This document shows, piece by piece, positions 51,596 through 61,400 of a DNA stretch of 61,880 nucleotides. Numbering within the stretch: position 1 is the first letter of the stretch; every line of letters starts with the position of its first letter. The stretch is taken from contig JBMFSQ010000016.1 of the NCBI GenBank assembly GCA_049967475.1, positions 1 through 61,880 on the forward strand, written 5' to 3'. A model generated the notes under the pieces. It was given only the letters and a program-made list of their open reading frames with translations. It had not been told where the DNA came from and searched no databases. The position numbers were made by a program, and so were the translations under genes. This DNA is from Chthonomonadales bacterium. GTDB taxonomy: Bacteria > Armatimonadota > Chthonomonadetes > Chthonomonadales > CAJBBX01.

Positions 51596-52327
51596 GTGTT
51601 GGGTGCGCCAAGCTTCACCAGGCAAATATCCTGCGAAGACCACTCGCGGACACTCACCATCATTGCCCACCGGGCGTGCGTCAACGGACCCGATGCCCGC
51701 CTCGAAAACACGCTGGAAGCCATACGTGGGGCGACGTCCAGCGGCCTCTCCGTAGAATTTGATGTGCGCGTCAGCACAGATGGCCGCCTGGTTCTAGCCC
51801 ACGACCCTTGCGCATGGTCGTCGGCGCGGGATCCTTACCCCTTCTTACGCAATCCGGATGGTCCTCCGTGCCACGCACTCAACATCAAGAGCGTCTATGC
51901 AGTCCCGGCTATCCTGAATGTGCTCAGGGCTGCTGGAAGCGCGCACAACTTCTTTCTGTTCGACTTTGAACTCTTGACAAACGACTTGCCCGGCTGTCGC
52001 TTCCTCATGCGGTCTCTTCAAGACGAGGGCTTCCGTGTGGGATACCGGCTGAGCGACCGCGAGCCTTTTTTGGATCATTATCTCCGGGATCCTTCCGTAC
52101 GCGAGGTGTGGCTGGACGAATTCGACCGGCCGTGGGTCACCCGGGACGTGGTGCAATCGTTGTGCGACCGCGGAATTCGAAGCTATTACGTGTCCCCCGA
52201 ACTCCACGGTGCACGCGATAGAGACACCGTACACCGGCGCTGGGAAGATCTTGTAGGATGGGGCGTTCAGGGCATCTGTACCGATTACCCATTACAGCTT
52301 GCGAGCCTGTACGGAGGCGCATCATGA
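51596..52327 (+). CDS. GDPD/PI-PLC-like phosphodiesterase
   Basis: IIAHR, ENT, VEFDVR, LAHD, VWLDEF, VSPELHG, GICTDYP; start uncertain. Confidence 0.8.
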   Translation: MLGAPSFTRQISCEDHSRTLTIIAHRACVNGPDARLENTLEAIRGATSSGLSVEFDVRVSTDGRLVLAHDPCAWSSARDPYPFLRNPDGPPCHALNIKSVYAVPAILNVLRAAGSAHNFFLFDFELLTNDLPGCRFLMRSLQDEGFRVGYRLSDREPFLDHYLRDPSVREVWLDEFDRPWVTRDVVQSLCDRGIRSYYVSPELHGARDRDTVHRRWEDLVGWGVQGICTDYPLQLASLYGGAS

Positions 52328-53697
52328 TCAAGGCGGTTCTGTTCGATTTGGATGGAGTGTTGGTAGACGCCGACAAATGGCACTTCAACGCCCTCAACGT
52401 GGCGTTACAGCATGCAGATGTAGAGCCGATTTCCTGGCAGGAGCACCTCGCGGTTTACAAGGGCGTACCCACCAAACGCAAACTGGAGATCCTTACAGAG
52501 CGCAAAGGCTTGCCCCGCGACCTGTGGCCAAGGATCCATCAGACCAAGCAAGAGATTACGCAGCACATCATCGCCAGTTTCTGCAGGCCCGATCCCGAAA
52601 AGGCTGAGATGATGCGGCTTCTGGCGCGAAATTACACGCTCGGCGTCTGTTCCAACGCCATCCGGTCGTCGGTCGAACTCATGCTGAGCAAGAGCGGGCT
52701 GCTTCCATATGTAGATTTCTTCTTGGGGAATGAGGAGACGGCGCACCCCAAACCCGCCCCCGATATCTATCTTAGGGCGTTCCAGAAGCTCGGACTGAAC
52801 CCCGAGGAGTGCGTGATTGTCGAAGACAGCGACGTGGGCAAGCAGGCAGCTCTGGCATCCGGCGGTTTCCTTTGCGCGGTAAATGACCCGGCCGACGTGA
52901 ACTATTACCGCGTCCTCCGCACGATCATGGACGCCGAGCGCATCAACATCGTAATCCCCGCAGCGGGACAAGGCCGCCGGTTCGCTGAGGCAGGATATCA
53001 ATATCCCAAGCCGCTCATTGACGTAAACGGCCGCCCCATGCTCGCGTGGGTCCTGGATAACTTCCGCAACGTGGGAAGGCCTATCGTCCTCATGCAGGAC
53101 CGCCACGTAGACCAATATTGCGCGGACTACCACGTGAAGCAAATGGATGCCGCAGCCGAGGTTCTTCAGGTTCACGGCTTTACGGAAGGCGCTGCATGCA
53201 CGGTGCTCCTGGCGGAAGCATTCATTGACAACAACAGTGAGCTCATCATCGCAAACAGCGATCAATATGTGGATGTGGACATAACGCAGTTCGTTCGAGA
53301 GATGCGCAGCCGCAACGCCGACGGCGGCATCCTCACGTTCCCCAGCGACCACCCGAAATGGAGCTACGCCCGGTACGACGAAACTGGGGCCGTAACCGAG
53401 GTGGCCGAGAAGGTGGTTATCAGCGATCAGGCTACCGTGGGCATCTATTACTACCGCCGGGGCAAGGACTTCGTGCGGTACGCCAGGGAGATGATCCGCA
53501 AGAACATCCGAGTGAACAACGAATTCTACGTTTGCCCCGTATTCAACGAATTTCTGTCCGACGGCAAACGCGTCTACATTTACCCCATCCCGGCTGAAGC
53601 GATGCACGGCCTTGGAACGCCGGAAGATCTGGAAGCTTTCCGCAGCCATGTCGCGCGCCAACAGCCCTCGGACTCCGATTTGGCTCTAGCAGCATAG
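52324..53697 (+). CDS. HAD phosphatase - sugar nucleotidyltransferase fusion
   Basis: FDLDGVLVD, KPAPDIY, IVEDS; then IPAAGQGRRF..PKPLI, TEGAACT, ANSDQ, NNEFYVCP, GLGTPEDL. Confidence 0.88.
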   Translation: MIKAVLFDLDGVLVDADKWHFNALNVALQHADVEPISWQEHLAVYKGVPTKRKLEILTERKGLPRDLWPRIHQTKQEITQHIIASFCRPDPEKAEMMRLLARNYTLGVCSNAIRSSVELMLSKSGLLPYVDFFLGNEETAHPKPAPDIYLRAFQKLGLNPEECVIVEDSDVGKQAALASGGFLCAVNDPADVNYYRVLRTIMDAERINIVIPAAGQGRRFAEAGYQYPKPLIDVNGRPMLAWVLDNFRNVGRPIVLMQDRHVDQYCADYHVKQMDAAAEVLQVHGFTEGAACTVLLAEAFIDNNSELIIANSDQYVDVDITQFVREMRSRNADGGILTFPSDHPKWSYARYDETGAVTEVAEKVVISDQATVGIYYYRRGKDFVRYAREMIRKNIRVNNEFYVCPVFNEFLSDGKRVYIYPIPAEAMHGLGTPEDLEAFRSHVARQQPSDSDLALAA

Positions 53698-53710
53698 AGA
53701 CACGAACGCC

Positions 53711-56074
53711 ATGCGCGGGATTTGCCGGCCCAAAGACATATCGTTCGTTGTGCAAGGGCCGATTGTGCGGTCGCCCCACGTCAACACGGCCGACGTTTGC
53801 GCTTCCATTCGCACTCACTTCTCCGGCGCCGAGATCATCCTCTCCACGTGGGAGGGCGCCGATGTGCGCGGTGTGGATTGCGACCAAGTCGTCCTTTCCA
53901 AGGACCCCGGACCGCTTCCCTTCGCCCAGAACACGAACCGCCAAATCGTCAGCACCTGGGCCGGCATTGAGAAAGCCACTCGCCCGATGCTCATGAAGAC
54001 CCGAACAGATCTCTTGTTCACTTCCAGCTCCGTCCTCGATTACTGGGGCAAATGGACAAAGCGCACGGAGGGGCTCCGCCTCACAAGCGAGCGCATCCTG
54101 GTGCCTCACGTGTATCAGCGAAGACCCTCCTACCTCTATCCCACGGCGTTCCATCCCAGCGATTGGTGCTTCTTCGGCCTTCGGGAGGACGTGGAGCTGC
54201 TGTTTGACATTCCCCTGCTCACGCCGAGCCGGGCCGTGTGCACAGTTTCGCCGGATCCGCTAAGCCGTATCCATTGGTGGTGGTCTGAAGAGTGCACATA
54301 CGCTGCTCCCGAGCAGTACATCTGGGTGAGCGCTTTGCGCAAGCGTTTCGATCACGTGGCATTCGAGCAATTCTTCCATCTTACGCCGCTGTCCCTGTAT
54401 CAGACGGAACTCAGCTTCGCCAACAACCTCGTGGTCCTAAACGCCTACGACCAGTTCGGCATCTTCTGCCCCAAATATCCGGACACGGGGCGGGCCTTCG
54501 CCGACTTTACTTTGTATGACCACGCAGATTGGCTGGAACTGTATGATCTCTATTGCGAGGCGGAACTCCCCTTCGCTGCGGAACCGGATCCCGCGCTCGC
54601 AATGATCGTTCCCACTGCGGAGAGTATTGCAGGTTGGAAGCTCGGTGATGCGAGGATCAGGGACCTGCGGAGAGCCGGATGCGTATGGGAGGCCCGCCTC
54701 ATCGAGGCCATCATAACAGAGCCGACCTTCCAGAGAGATGCCTCCACGGGCGGAAGTGCCAAGAAACCGCTGGATCACCTGGCGGCCCAGCTTGCCAAGA
54801 CACATCTGGCTGAGCGCATCATGCGCGCAAGGCAGGGTTCGGCGATGCATGGGGCTGCGCTGCACCACAGCACACGGGAATCTTATGGGGAACCAGCGGC
54901 ATCCGAGCGACCGGGGCATCGAGTAGGCATCGTATGGCACGGCCCGATCTTTGACCCCAGCGGCTATGCGGACGAAGCGCGACAATTCCTGCTGGCCCTA
55001 GACGGCGCCGATGTGCGCGTAGCTGCGCGGCCCATTGCTTGGAGCGCACGGCGGGCCGATCTCAACCCGATGGATGACACGCGTCTGAGGGCTCTGACGG
55101 CGCGACCCGACATGCCCGGAGCGGTTCACGTGAGCCATACGTTCGCCGTCCACTTTCAGCGATGGGCGGGGGCTGCAGTGAATGTAGGCAGAACCATGTT
55201 CGAGACGGACCGCCTCCCGGAGGAATGGGTGGCTGCCTGCAACTGGATGGACCGCGTGTGGGTCCCCAGCGAGTTCAATGTGCGCACGTTCGCGGATGCG
55301 GGGGTAGCGCGCGAGAAGCTGGCAGTAATCCCAGGCGCCCTCAATATAGCCCGGTACAATCCTGCGACCCAGCCCCTCCCCATCGAAGGGGCGAAGGGAT
55401 ACAACTTCCTTTCAGTGTTCGACTGGTCTCTGCGCAAGGGCTGGGACGTGCTGATTGAGGCATTCGTGGGGGAGTTTGATCCTAAGGAGGATGTTGCCTT
55501 GGTCCTCAAGGTGCATTCCTCTTTGGGATACAGCATGGGAGCTATCGCCGAAATGATCGCCGGCCACGTGCGCAAACGCACCGGCCGGACCCTCGATGCG
55601 TGTGCGGATATCATCCTCCTGGCGGCGGATATCCCCGCACCCCTGATGCCCGCACTGTACCGTGCCGCTCATTGCTTTGTGCTTCCTACGCGCGGCGAAG
55701 GATGGGGACGTCCCTTCATGGAGGCAATGGCCATGGGCTTGCCGGTCATCGGCACGAACTGGAGCGGCAACACCGCGTTCATGACTCCCGAGACCGCCTA
55801 TTTGCTGGACTATGTGCTGGCTCCAGTGGGTGCGGAGGCATGCCGAGAGGTTCCAGCCTTCCTGGGGCATCAATGGGCAGAACCCGACGGCATGCACCTT
55901 CGCGAACTCATGCGCCACGTGTTCACGCATCGGGATGAAGCGGCGCATCGCGGAGCACGTGCTCGGGAGCACATTGCCCGCAATTTCAGCTACTCTGCGG
56001 TGTCTCAGATCATCTTGAACGAGGTAGATGCCCTCATTACCGCGCGGGCAACGGCGGCTGCGGCAACTGGATAA
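53711..56074 (+). CDS. WavE-like domain fused to GT4 glycosyltransferase
   Basis: ISFVVQGP, EIILSTW, NRQIVST, MKTRTD, FHPSDW, APEQY; C-terminal FETD, RKGWDVL, TRGEGWGRPFMEAMA. Confidence 0.82.
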   Translation: MRGICRPKDISFVVQGPIVRSPHVNTADVCASIRTHFSGAEIILSTWEGADVRGVDCDQVVLSKDPGPLPFAQNTNRQIVSTWAGIEKATRPMLMKTRTDLLFTSSSVLDYWGKWTKRTEGLRLTSERILVPHVYQRRPSYLYPTAFHPSDWCFFGLREDVELLFDIPLLTPSRAVCTVSPDPLSRIHWWWSEECTYAAPEQYIWVSALRKRFDHVAFEQFFHLTPLSLYQTELSFANNLVVLNAYDQFGIFCPKYPDTGRAFADFTLYDHADWLELYDLYCEAELPFAAEPDPALAMIVPTAESIAGWKLGDARIRDLRRAGCVWEARLIEAIITEPTFQRDASTGGSAKKPLDHLAAQLAKTHLAERIMRARQGSAMHGAALHHSTRESYGEPAASERPGHRVGIVWHGPIFDPSGYADEARQFLLALDGADVRVAARPIAWSARRADLNPMDDTRLRALTARPDMPGAVHVSHTFAVHFQRWAGAAVNVGRTMFETDRLPEEWVAACNWMDRVWVPSEFNVRTFADAGVAREKLAVIPGALNIARYNPATQPLPIEGAKGYNFLSVFDWSLRKGWDVLIEAFVGEFDPKEDVALVLKVHSSLGYSMGAIAEMIAGHVRKRTGRTLDACADIILLAADIPAPLMPALYRAAHCFVLPTRGEGWGRPFMEAMAMGLPVIGTNWSGNTAFMTPETAYLLDYVLAPVGAEACREVPAFLGHQWAEPDGMHLRELMRHVFTHRDEAAHRGARAREHIARNFSYSAVSQIILNEVDALITARATAAAATG

Positions 56075-56110
56075 GCCGCGCGCATTCGCCCTTACCATCA
56101 TCCCAGAGTT

Positions 56111-58408
56111 ATGCGAGCCATCGTAGCGCCATACGAATATAGCGGGCTGGAAGAGGTGGAAGGCCCATCAGGAGAACGCCACCAGGTTCTTTTCTTGCGC
56201 GCTCAGCCCTTGCATGCCGAAGAAACACGCAAGATAGATGCCCTTGCCGAGGCATATTGGCGACCGGAGGAGCGCACCCGCATCGAGGATGTGCTGAAGA
56301 TGCTTCCCCAGTCCTTCGATGCGGACGCCCTTGTCTATTGGTCCATCGAATACCACCCTGTGCCGGTGGGCATAGAAGATGCGCCGTTCTTCACCGCAGC
56401 GGTGGTCGGCGACTGGAACCTGGGCGGGCAGGCGGCCCAACTCTGTGGGGGAGCCTTCGATCTGCTCATCGCGGACCGATGCGGCTGCCGGCGCCTGCAG
56501 CGTCTCAACTTCCCTAGAGTGCGCTATGCCCCGTTGTGGGGCTTCGATCCGCGCCTTCACCGCCGATTGCCGGAAGTGCATCGGGACCTCGACATCGTCA
56601 TGGCGGGCAACTTCAACCACGACATCCAGCGGGAGCGAGCACCGTGGCTTGCACGCGTCGCCCGCCTTTCCCACAAGTACCGGGTCTGCGTCACTACGGG
56701 AGTGTACGGAGAAGAGTATGTGCGCCTTCTGTGCCGGGCCCGCATCGTATTCAACCGCAGCATCCGCGGCGAGATCAATATGCGGGCCTATGAGGCCGCG
56801 GCATGTGGAGCGCTGCTCTTTTATGAGCGAGACAACCCCGAAATCGGGCAGCTTTTTATGGATGGCGAGGAGTGCATCCTCTATGGGCCCGAAGATTTGG
56901 AAGACCTCCTGGAACGGTATCTGACGGATGAAGAAGCCCGCCGGCGCATCGCAGAAGCAGGTTGGCGGCGTGTCCAGGTCCACACCAACCGGCACCATTT
57001 GGGCATCCTGCTGGACATTGTAGCCGATGAGATGCGCCGTTCCCGGCCGACGCCTGCCCGGTCATGGGTGGCGGTCTCCGTCGAAGCGAGGGCTCTGGCT
57101 CGGACGCATCAGTGGCTTACGATGGGGAGTGTCGCGACGGCAGCGGCAGCCGACGCAGATCTCCACAGCGTGTCGGACGAAGCGGCAGTGGCTCCGTCGG
57201 TAGGCCGGGCCGTGCTTCTGGCACGTGTTGCCGAGGCTTTGAGTGACGCAGGCGAAAGGTCCCGCGTTCTGGCCGAAGCAAGCTCCGTGCTTAAGCGGGT
57301 GCTGAAGGAGCGCCCAAATTGCATCGTTGCCCGGTGGAATTTGGCGCAGGTGCTGCTGGCGCAAGGGAATGAGCCAGGGGCGCGGCAGGAATTCGAAGAA
57401 GTGGTTGCTCGCCTCGAGCGCGGCGCGTTCCTCGGGCGGCACGTAGCTCCAGAAGATCTCGCCCTGCCCGTGTACCCGCGCCGGTACGACGCATTTGACG
57501 TCCAGCTCGAGGATGCATGGGCTGCGCATCCGTTCATGAGCGAGGAGTGGGCAGCCGGCGTGGCCAGGGTGTTCCATTGGCGCGCAATGGAGATCTTGAG
57601 CGACTTTGCCTTCAACTGCGGCGACTTCGAGAGAGCGCGCATTTGGGCGCAGAAGGCAGCAGAGGCGCAGCCGAACCTTGCCGGAACGCGCTTCCGCCTG
57701 GCCCGCGCGCTTAGGGCCTTGGGCCGCAGCGCCGACGCGAGGGAGGAATACCGGAATGCCATCGCTGTAGGGCCCATGTACCCGCAGATATGGGTGGAAT
57801 ATGCCCAGCTTCTAGCGGATTTGGGGCGTGTAGATGAGTTTCAAGAGCTGGCGGCACAAGTGGAAAGGATCGCCGAAGGATGCCCGCCTTGGGATGGAAT
57901 GCCGCAGCGCATCTGCCGCATCGTGCCGCGAAGACGCACATCCGGTGTGGACAAGGGAGGCATCTTGCGCATCGTGGCGTGCCCGGACTGGTCCCGCGAA
58001 GCAGCCTGGCGCGGCTTTGTAGCCCGGTTGGTGGAAGTTTCCCGCAGCATGATTGAACGGGATGCCGGTGGCCGGGGCCCTCGTGCCGACTCCATCGAAA
58101 TGGTTCTGCGGGTGGAGGGCCAAAGCGTGGCCCGCACCGATGAACTCGCCTCCCAATTGGCCGTCTACCTCGAGGGAGTATTGCAGCTTCGCCCTGAAGA
58201 ACCGCTGGAGGTCATATTGGATTATGGTCCGCTGGACGCTGAGGACCGGTGGCTCCTCCTGCGCGGCGCTGATTTGTTAGTCGTGTGGGATGCCGGCGAA
58301 GGGCAATCCGAGGAAGATTATCGGTCTCTTGCAAAGGCCATGGGCGTACCGATAATACCGGTAGATCTGCTGGGGGCGTCGCCTTCCGCGGAAGTCGCTG
58401 CAGCCTAA
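56111..58408 (+). CDS. glycosyltransferase (CgeB/Glyco_trans_1_2-like) with TPR repeats
   Basis: RIVFNRS..EINMRAYEAAACGALL, RRRIAEAG; TPR-like helices downstream. Confidence 0.8.
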   Translation: MRAIVAPYEYSGLEEVEGPSGERHQVLFLRAQPLHAEETRKIDALAEAYWRPEERTRIEDVLKMLPQSFDADALVYWSIEYHPVPVGIEDAPFFTAAVVGDWNLGGQAAQLCGGAFDLLIADRCGCRRLQRLNFPRVRYAPLWGFDPRLHRRLPEVHRDLDIVMAGNFNHDIQRERAPWLARVARLSHKYRVCVTTGVYGEEYVRLLCRARIVFNRSIRGEINMRAYEAAACGALLFYERDNPEIGQLFMDGEECILYGPEDLEDLLERYLTDEEARRRIAEAGWRRVQVHTNRHHLGILLDIVADEMRRSRPTPARSWVAVSVEARALARTHQWLTMGSVATAAAADADLHSVSDEAAVAPSVGRAVLLARVAEALSDAGERSRVLAEASSVLKRVLKERPNCIVARWNLAQVLLAQGNEPGARQEFEEVVARLERGAFLGRHVAPEDLALPVYPRRYDAFDVQLEDAWAAHPFMSEEWAAGVARVFHWRAMEILSDFAFNCGDFERARIWAQKAAEAQPNLAGTRFRLARALRALGRSADAREEYRNAIAVGPMYPQIWVEYAQLLADLGRVDEFQELAAQVERIAEGCPPWDGMPQRICRIVPRRRTSGVDKGGILRIVACPDWSREAAWRGFVARLVEVSRSMIERDAGGRGPRADSIEMVLRVEGQSVARTDELASQLAVYLEGVLQLRPEEPLEVILDYGPLDAEDRWLLLRGADLLVVWDAGEGQSEEDYRSLAKAMGVPIIPVDLLGASPSAEVAAA

Positions 58409-58420
58409 GGATATTGCCTT

Positions 58421-61400
58421 ATGCCCCTTCGTATTGCCTCGGAGCGGCCCGGCGTTGTGTGGCACGGCGCTTTCTTCGCCCGCCACAGCCTCGCCTTGGT
58501 CAACCGAGAACTCGTGCTGGCTCTCATGGAGGATGCACGCTTCGATATAGGCATCCTTCATCACGGCGCACAGGCAATGGATCCCGGTGAGGACGTTCGC
58601 TTTGCGCGCCTCGCTGCGGCCTCGAAAATCCTGCCGCAGTATTCGGCGGTCACGGTGCGCCATTTCTGGCCCCCGGATTTTACCCCTCCAGTCAAGGGCC
58701 GCTTCGTGCTCATACAACCTTGGGAGTTCGGCGCGCTGCCGAAAGTGTGGGTAGACGCACTGGCTAAGTCCGTGGATGAAATCTGGGTGCCGTCTCTCTT
58801 CGTGCGCGAGGAGTATCTCAACAGCGGAGTTCCAGGCGACAAAGTCACCGTAGTGCCCAATGGGGTCAACACTCAGCGATTTCATCCCGGCGTTCTGCCG
58901 ATGGCGCTGCCTACTTCCAAGAGCTACAAGTTCCTTTTTGTAGGCGGTACGATCGCCCGCAAAGGAATTGACATCTTGCTGGATGCCTACGTTCGGGCGT
59001 TCACTGCACGGGACGATGTAGCCCTTGTCATCAAAGACTTCGGAACGCATTCGTTTTACGCTGGGCAAGGTGCGGCTGGGCTGATTGCGGCCGTGAAGGC
59101 GCTCCCCAACGCTCCTGAAATCGTCTATTTGACCGACGATCTCTCGGAAGCTGATCTGCCAAGCCTGTATGCCGCATGCGATTGCCTGGTGCATCCCTAC
59201 CGCGGCGAAGGCTTCGGCCTTCCCATAGCCGAGGCTATGGCCTGCGGCAAGCCTGTCGTCGTGACGCGCTACGGGGCTGCCCTAGATTACGCCAACGAGA
59301 ACAATGCGTTTCTAGTTCCTGCCAAAGTCGTGCGCCTCGCCGAAAAGCGCGTGGGTGACCTGGAGACTGTGGACTATCCGTATTGGGCTGAACCGGATCG
59401 CGAAGCCGTTGCCGCCACGCTGCGGAGGATTTACGAAAACCCGGAAGAAGCCAAGCAGGTAGGCGCCAGGGCGGCGCGCGACGTGGCGGCAAAGCTCACC
59501 TGGAAGGAGGCGGCCGCCGTTGCTGCGCGCCGGCTCGATGCCCTTGTGTCGTGGAGCCCCGCCCGCGTGCATCGCAGGATCGCTCACGATGCATCCGATT
59601 ACGAGGAACGCAAACAAACCGCCCTCCGATGCGCCCGCGCGGGAAATTGGCGCAGCGCTCTGGAGGGTATCGAGGATTGCCTTGCAGAGCGGCCGGAGGA
59701 CTGGGACCTCGTGAATGCCCGGGGTGTGGCCCTCTTTCGGCTCGGCCGAACCGACGAGGCGCGTACTACCCTGGAGGACGGACTTCGCAGGGCGCCGCTG
59801 CCGCGAGATTTTCACCACAATCTGGCATTCGTTTTTCTCGAGACCGGGCAACCTCTGCAGGCACTGCAGCACGCTCTGGCGGCCCTCCGCTTCACCCCGG
59901 ATGCGCCCGAGATACGCAGAATGGTGGAACGGTCCCGGCAGGCTGTGGTGAAGGCGCTCAGAAGGTTGCGCAAGGCCGGCGAACTTCCGGTGCACGGATC
60001 CGCGCACGTCCGGAGGGATGCCAAGCGCAAGCGCCGCCGCCTTTCGGCTTCCCACAGTTGTCCGATGGGGCAGGGTCTGGCAGAGATGCAAGAGCTCGTA
60101 ACCGCTGCCGACGCGGCTTTGGCAGGTTCCGGTGAGGCATCCCCTGTGGCCAAGCCGCGGCCCCGCCTCTCCGTGGTGATGATCGTCAAAGACGAAGAAC
60201 GGTATCTGCAAGAATGCCTTCAGAGCGTAAAGGATGCCGCCGACGAAATCGTAGTCGTGGACACCGGCTCCAGTGATCGTACCGTGGAGATTGCAAAGGA
60301 CTTCGGAGCAAAGGTCGTGCACCATGAGTGGACCGATGATTTCTCCGCTGCACGCAACGTGTCTCTGGATCATGCAACCGGCGACTGGGCCTTGTGGATT
60401 GACGCCGACGAGCGCCTAGCGCCCAATCAGGTGGGTCTCTTGCGAACCCTCATCGCCGAAGCCGAGCCCAATGTGGGCGGGTACATGGTGAACATCCGCA
60501 ACGTGATGCAAATGCGCAGCGACCCCGAAGTGTGCTGGCATCGCGCATGCCGGCTGTTCCGCAACCTCCCCACCGTCCGCTTTACGGGCCGCGTCCATGA
60601 GCAGAATATGCAAGCCCTGCAATCTGCGGGGTACGTGTGCGCCATGTCGCAGCTTGTGCTGGACCACGTGGGCTATGCAGCGGAGGTGATGACGGAACGC
60701 AACAAGCATGAGCGCTTCATCCGGATGCTTCGGCGGGAAGTAGAAGAGAACCGCGACCCCGCCTATCGAACGTTTCACCTTTTCAATCTGGCCAATGCGT
60801 ACTACACCGCCGGAGATCTGCACGCAGCCATCGCGTGGTTCGAACAGGCCGACGAGAACCCGGATCCCACGGAAGAGTACACGGCTATGCTTTATGTGGA
60901 GTGGGCAACCGCGCTCTACGCGACCGGGCGGGCCGAGGATGCCTTGCGGGTGTGTGAACGTGCAGAGAGCCTGGGGATCCGGCACCCGGCCATCGAGTTT
61001 GCCAAAGGGCATGCGTACCTCCATCGCGAACAGTACGCCCTCGCTGAGGAAGCCTTTGCCAAAGCCATCGAACGCGGCCGGACGGGGCTCTTTGCCCACA
61101 CTGGCGACACCGGAGCCTACGGGTACAAAGCGTGGTACGGCCTTGCCCTAGCCGCTACCGGGAGGGACCGCTACGAAGAGGCCGCCGGCCACTGCCGCAC
61201 CGCCTTGGCCGAAATGGCAGACTTTCATGATGCGCGGTACCTCCTCGCCCACTGCCTGCGCAAACTGGGCAAGGCTCGTGAGGCCGTCGAGGAGTTGCAG
61301 CGTGTGGTGGCCAAGGCTCCGGATCATGATGCCGCCAATTTGGAGCTGAGCGAGCTGCTCTACGATGCACGGGAGTTTGCCCAAGCGTTCCCGGTTCTGC

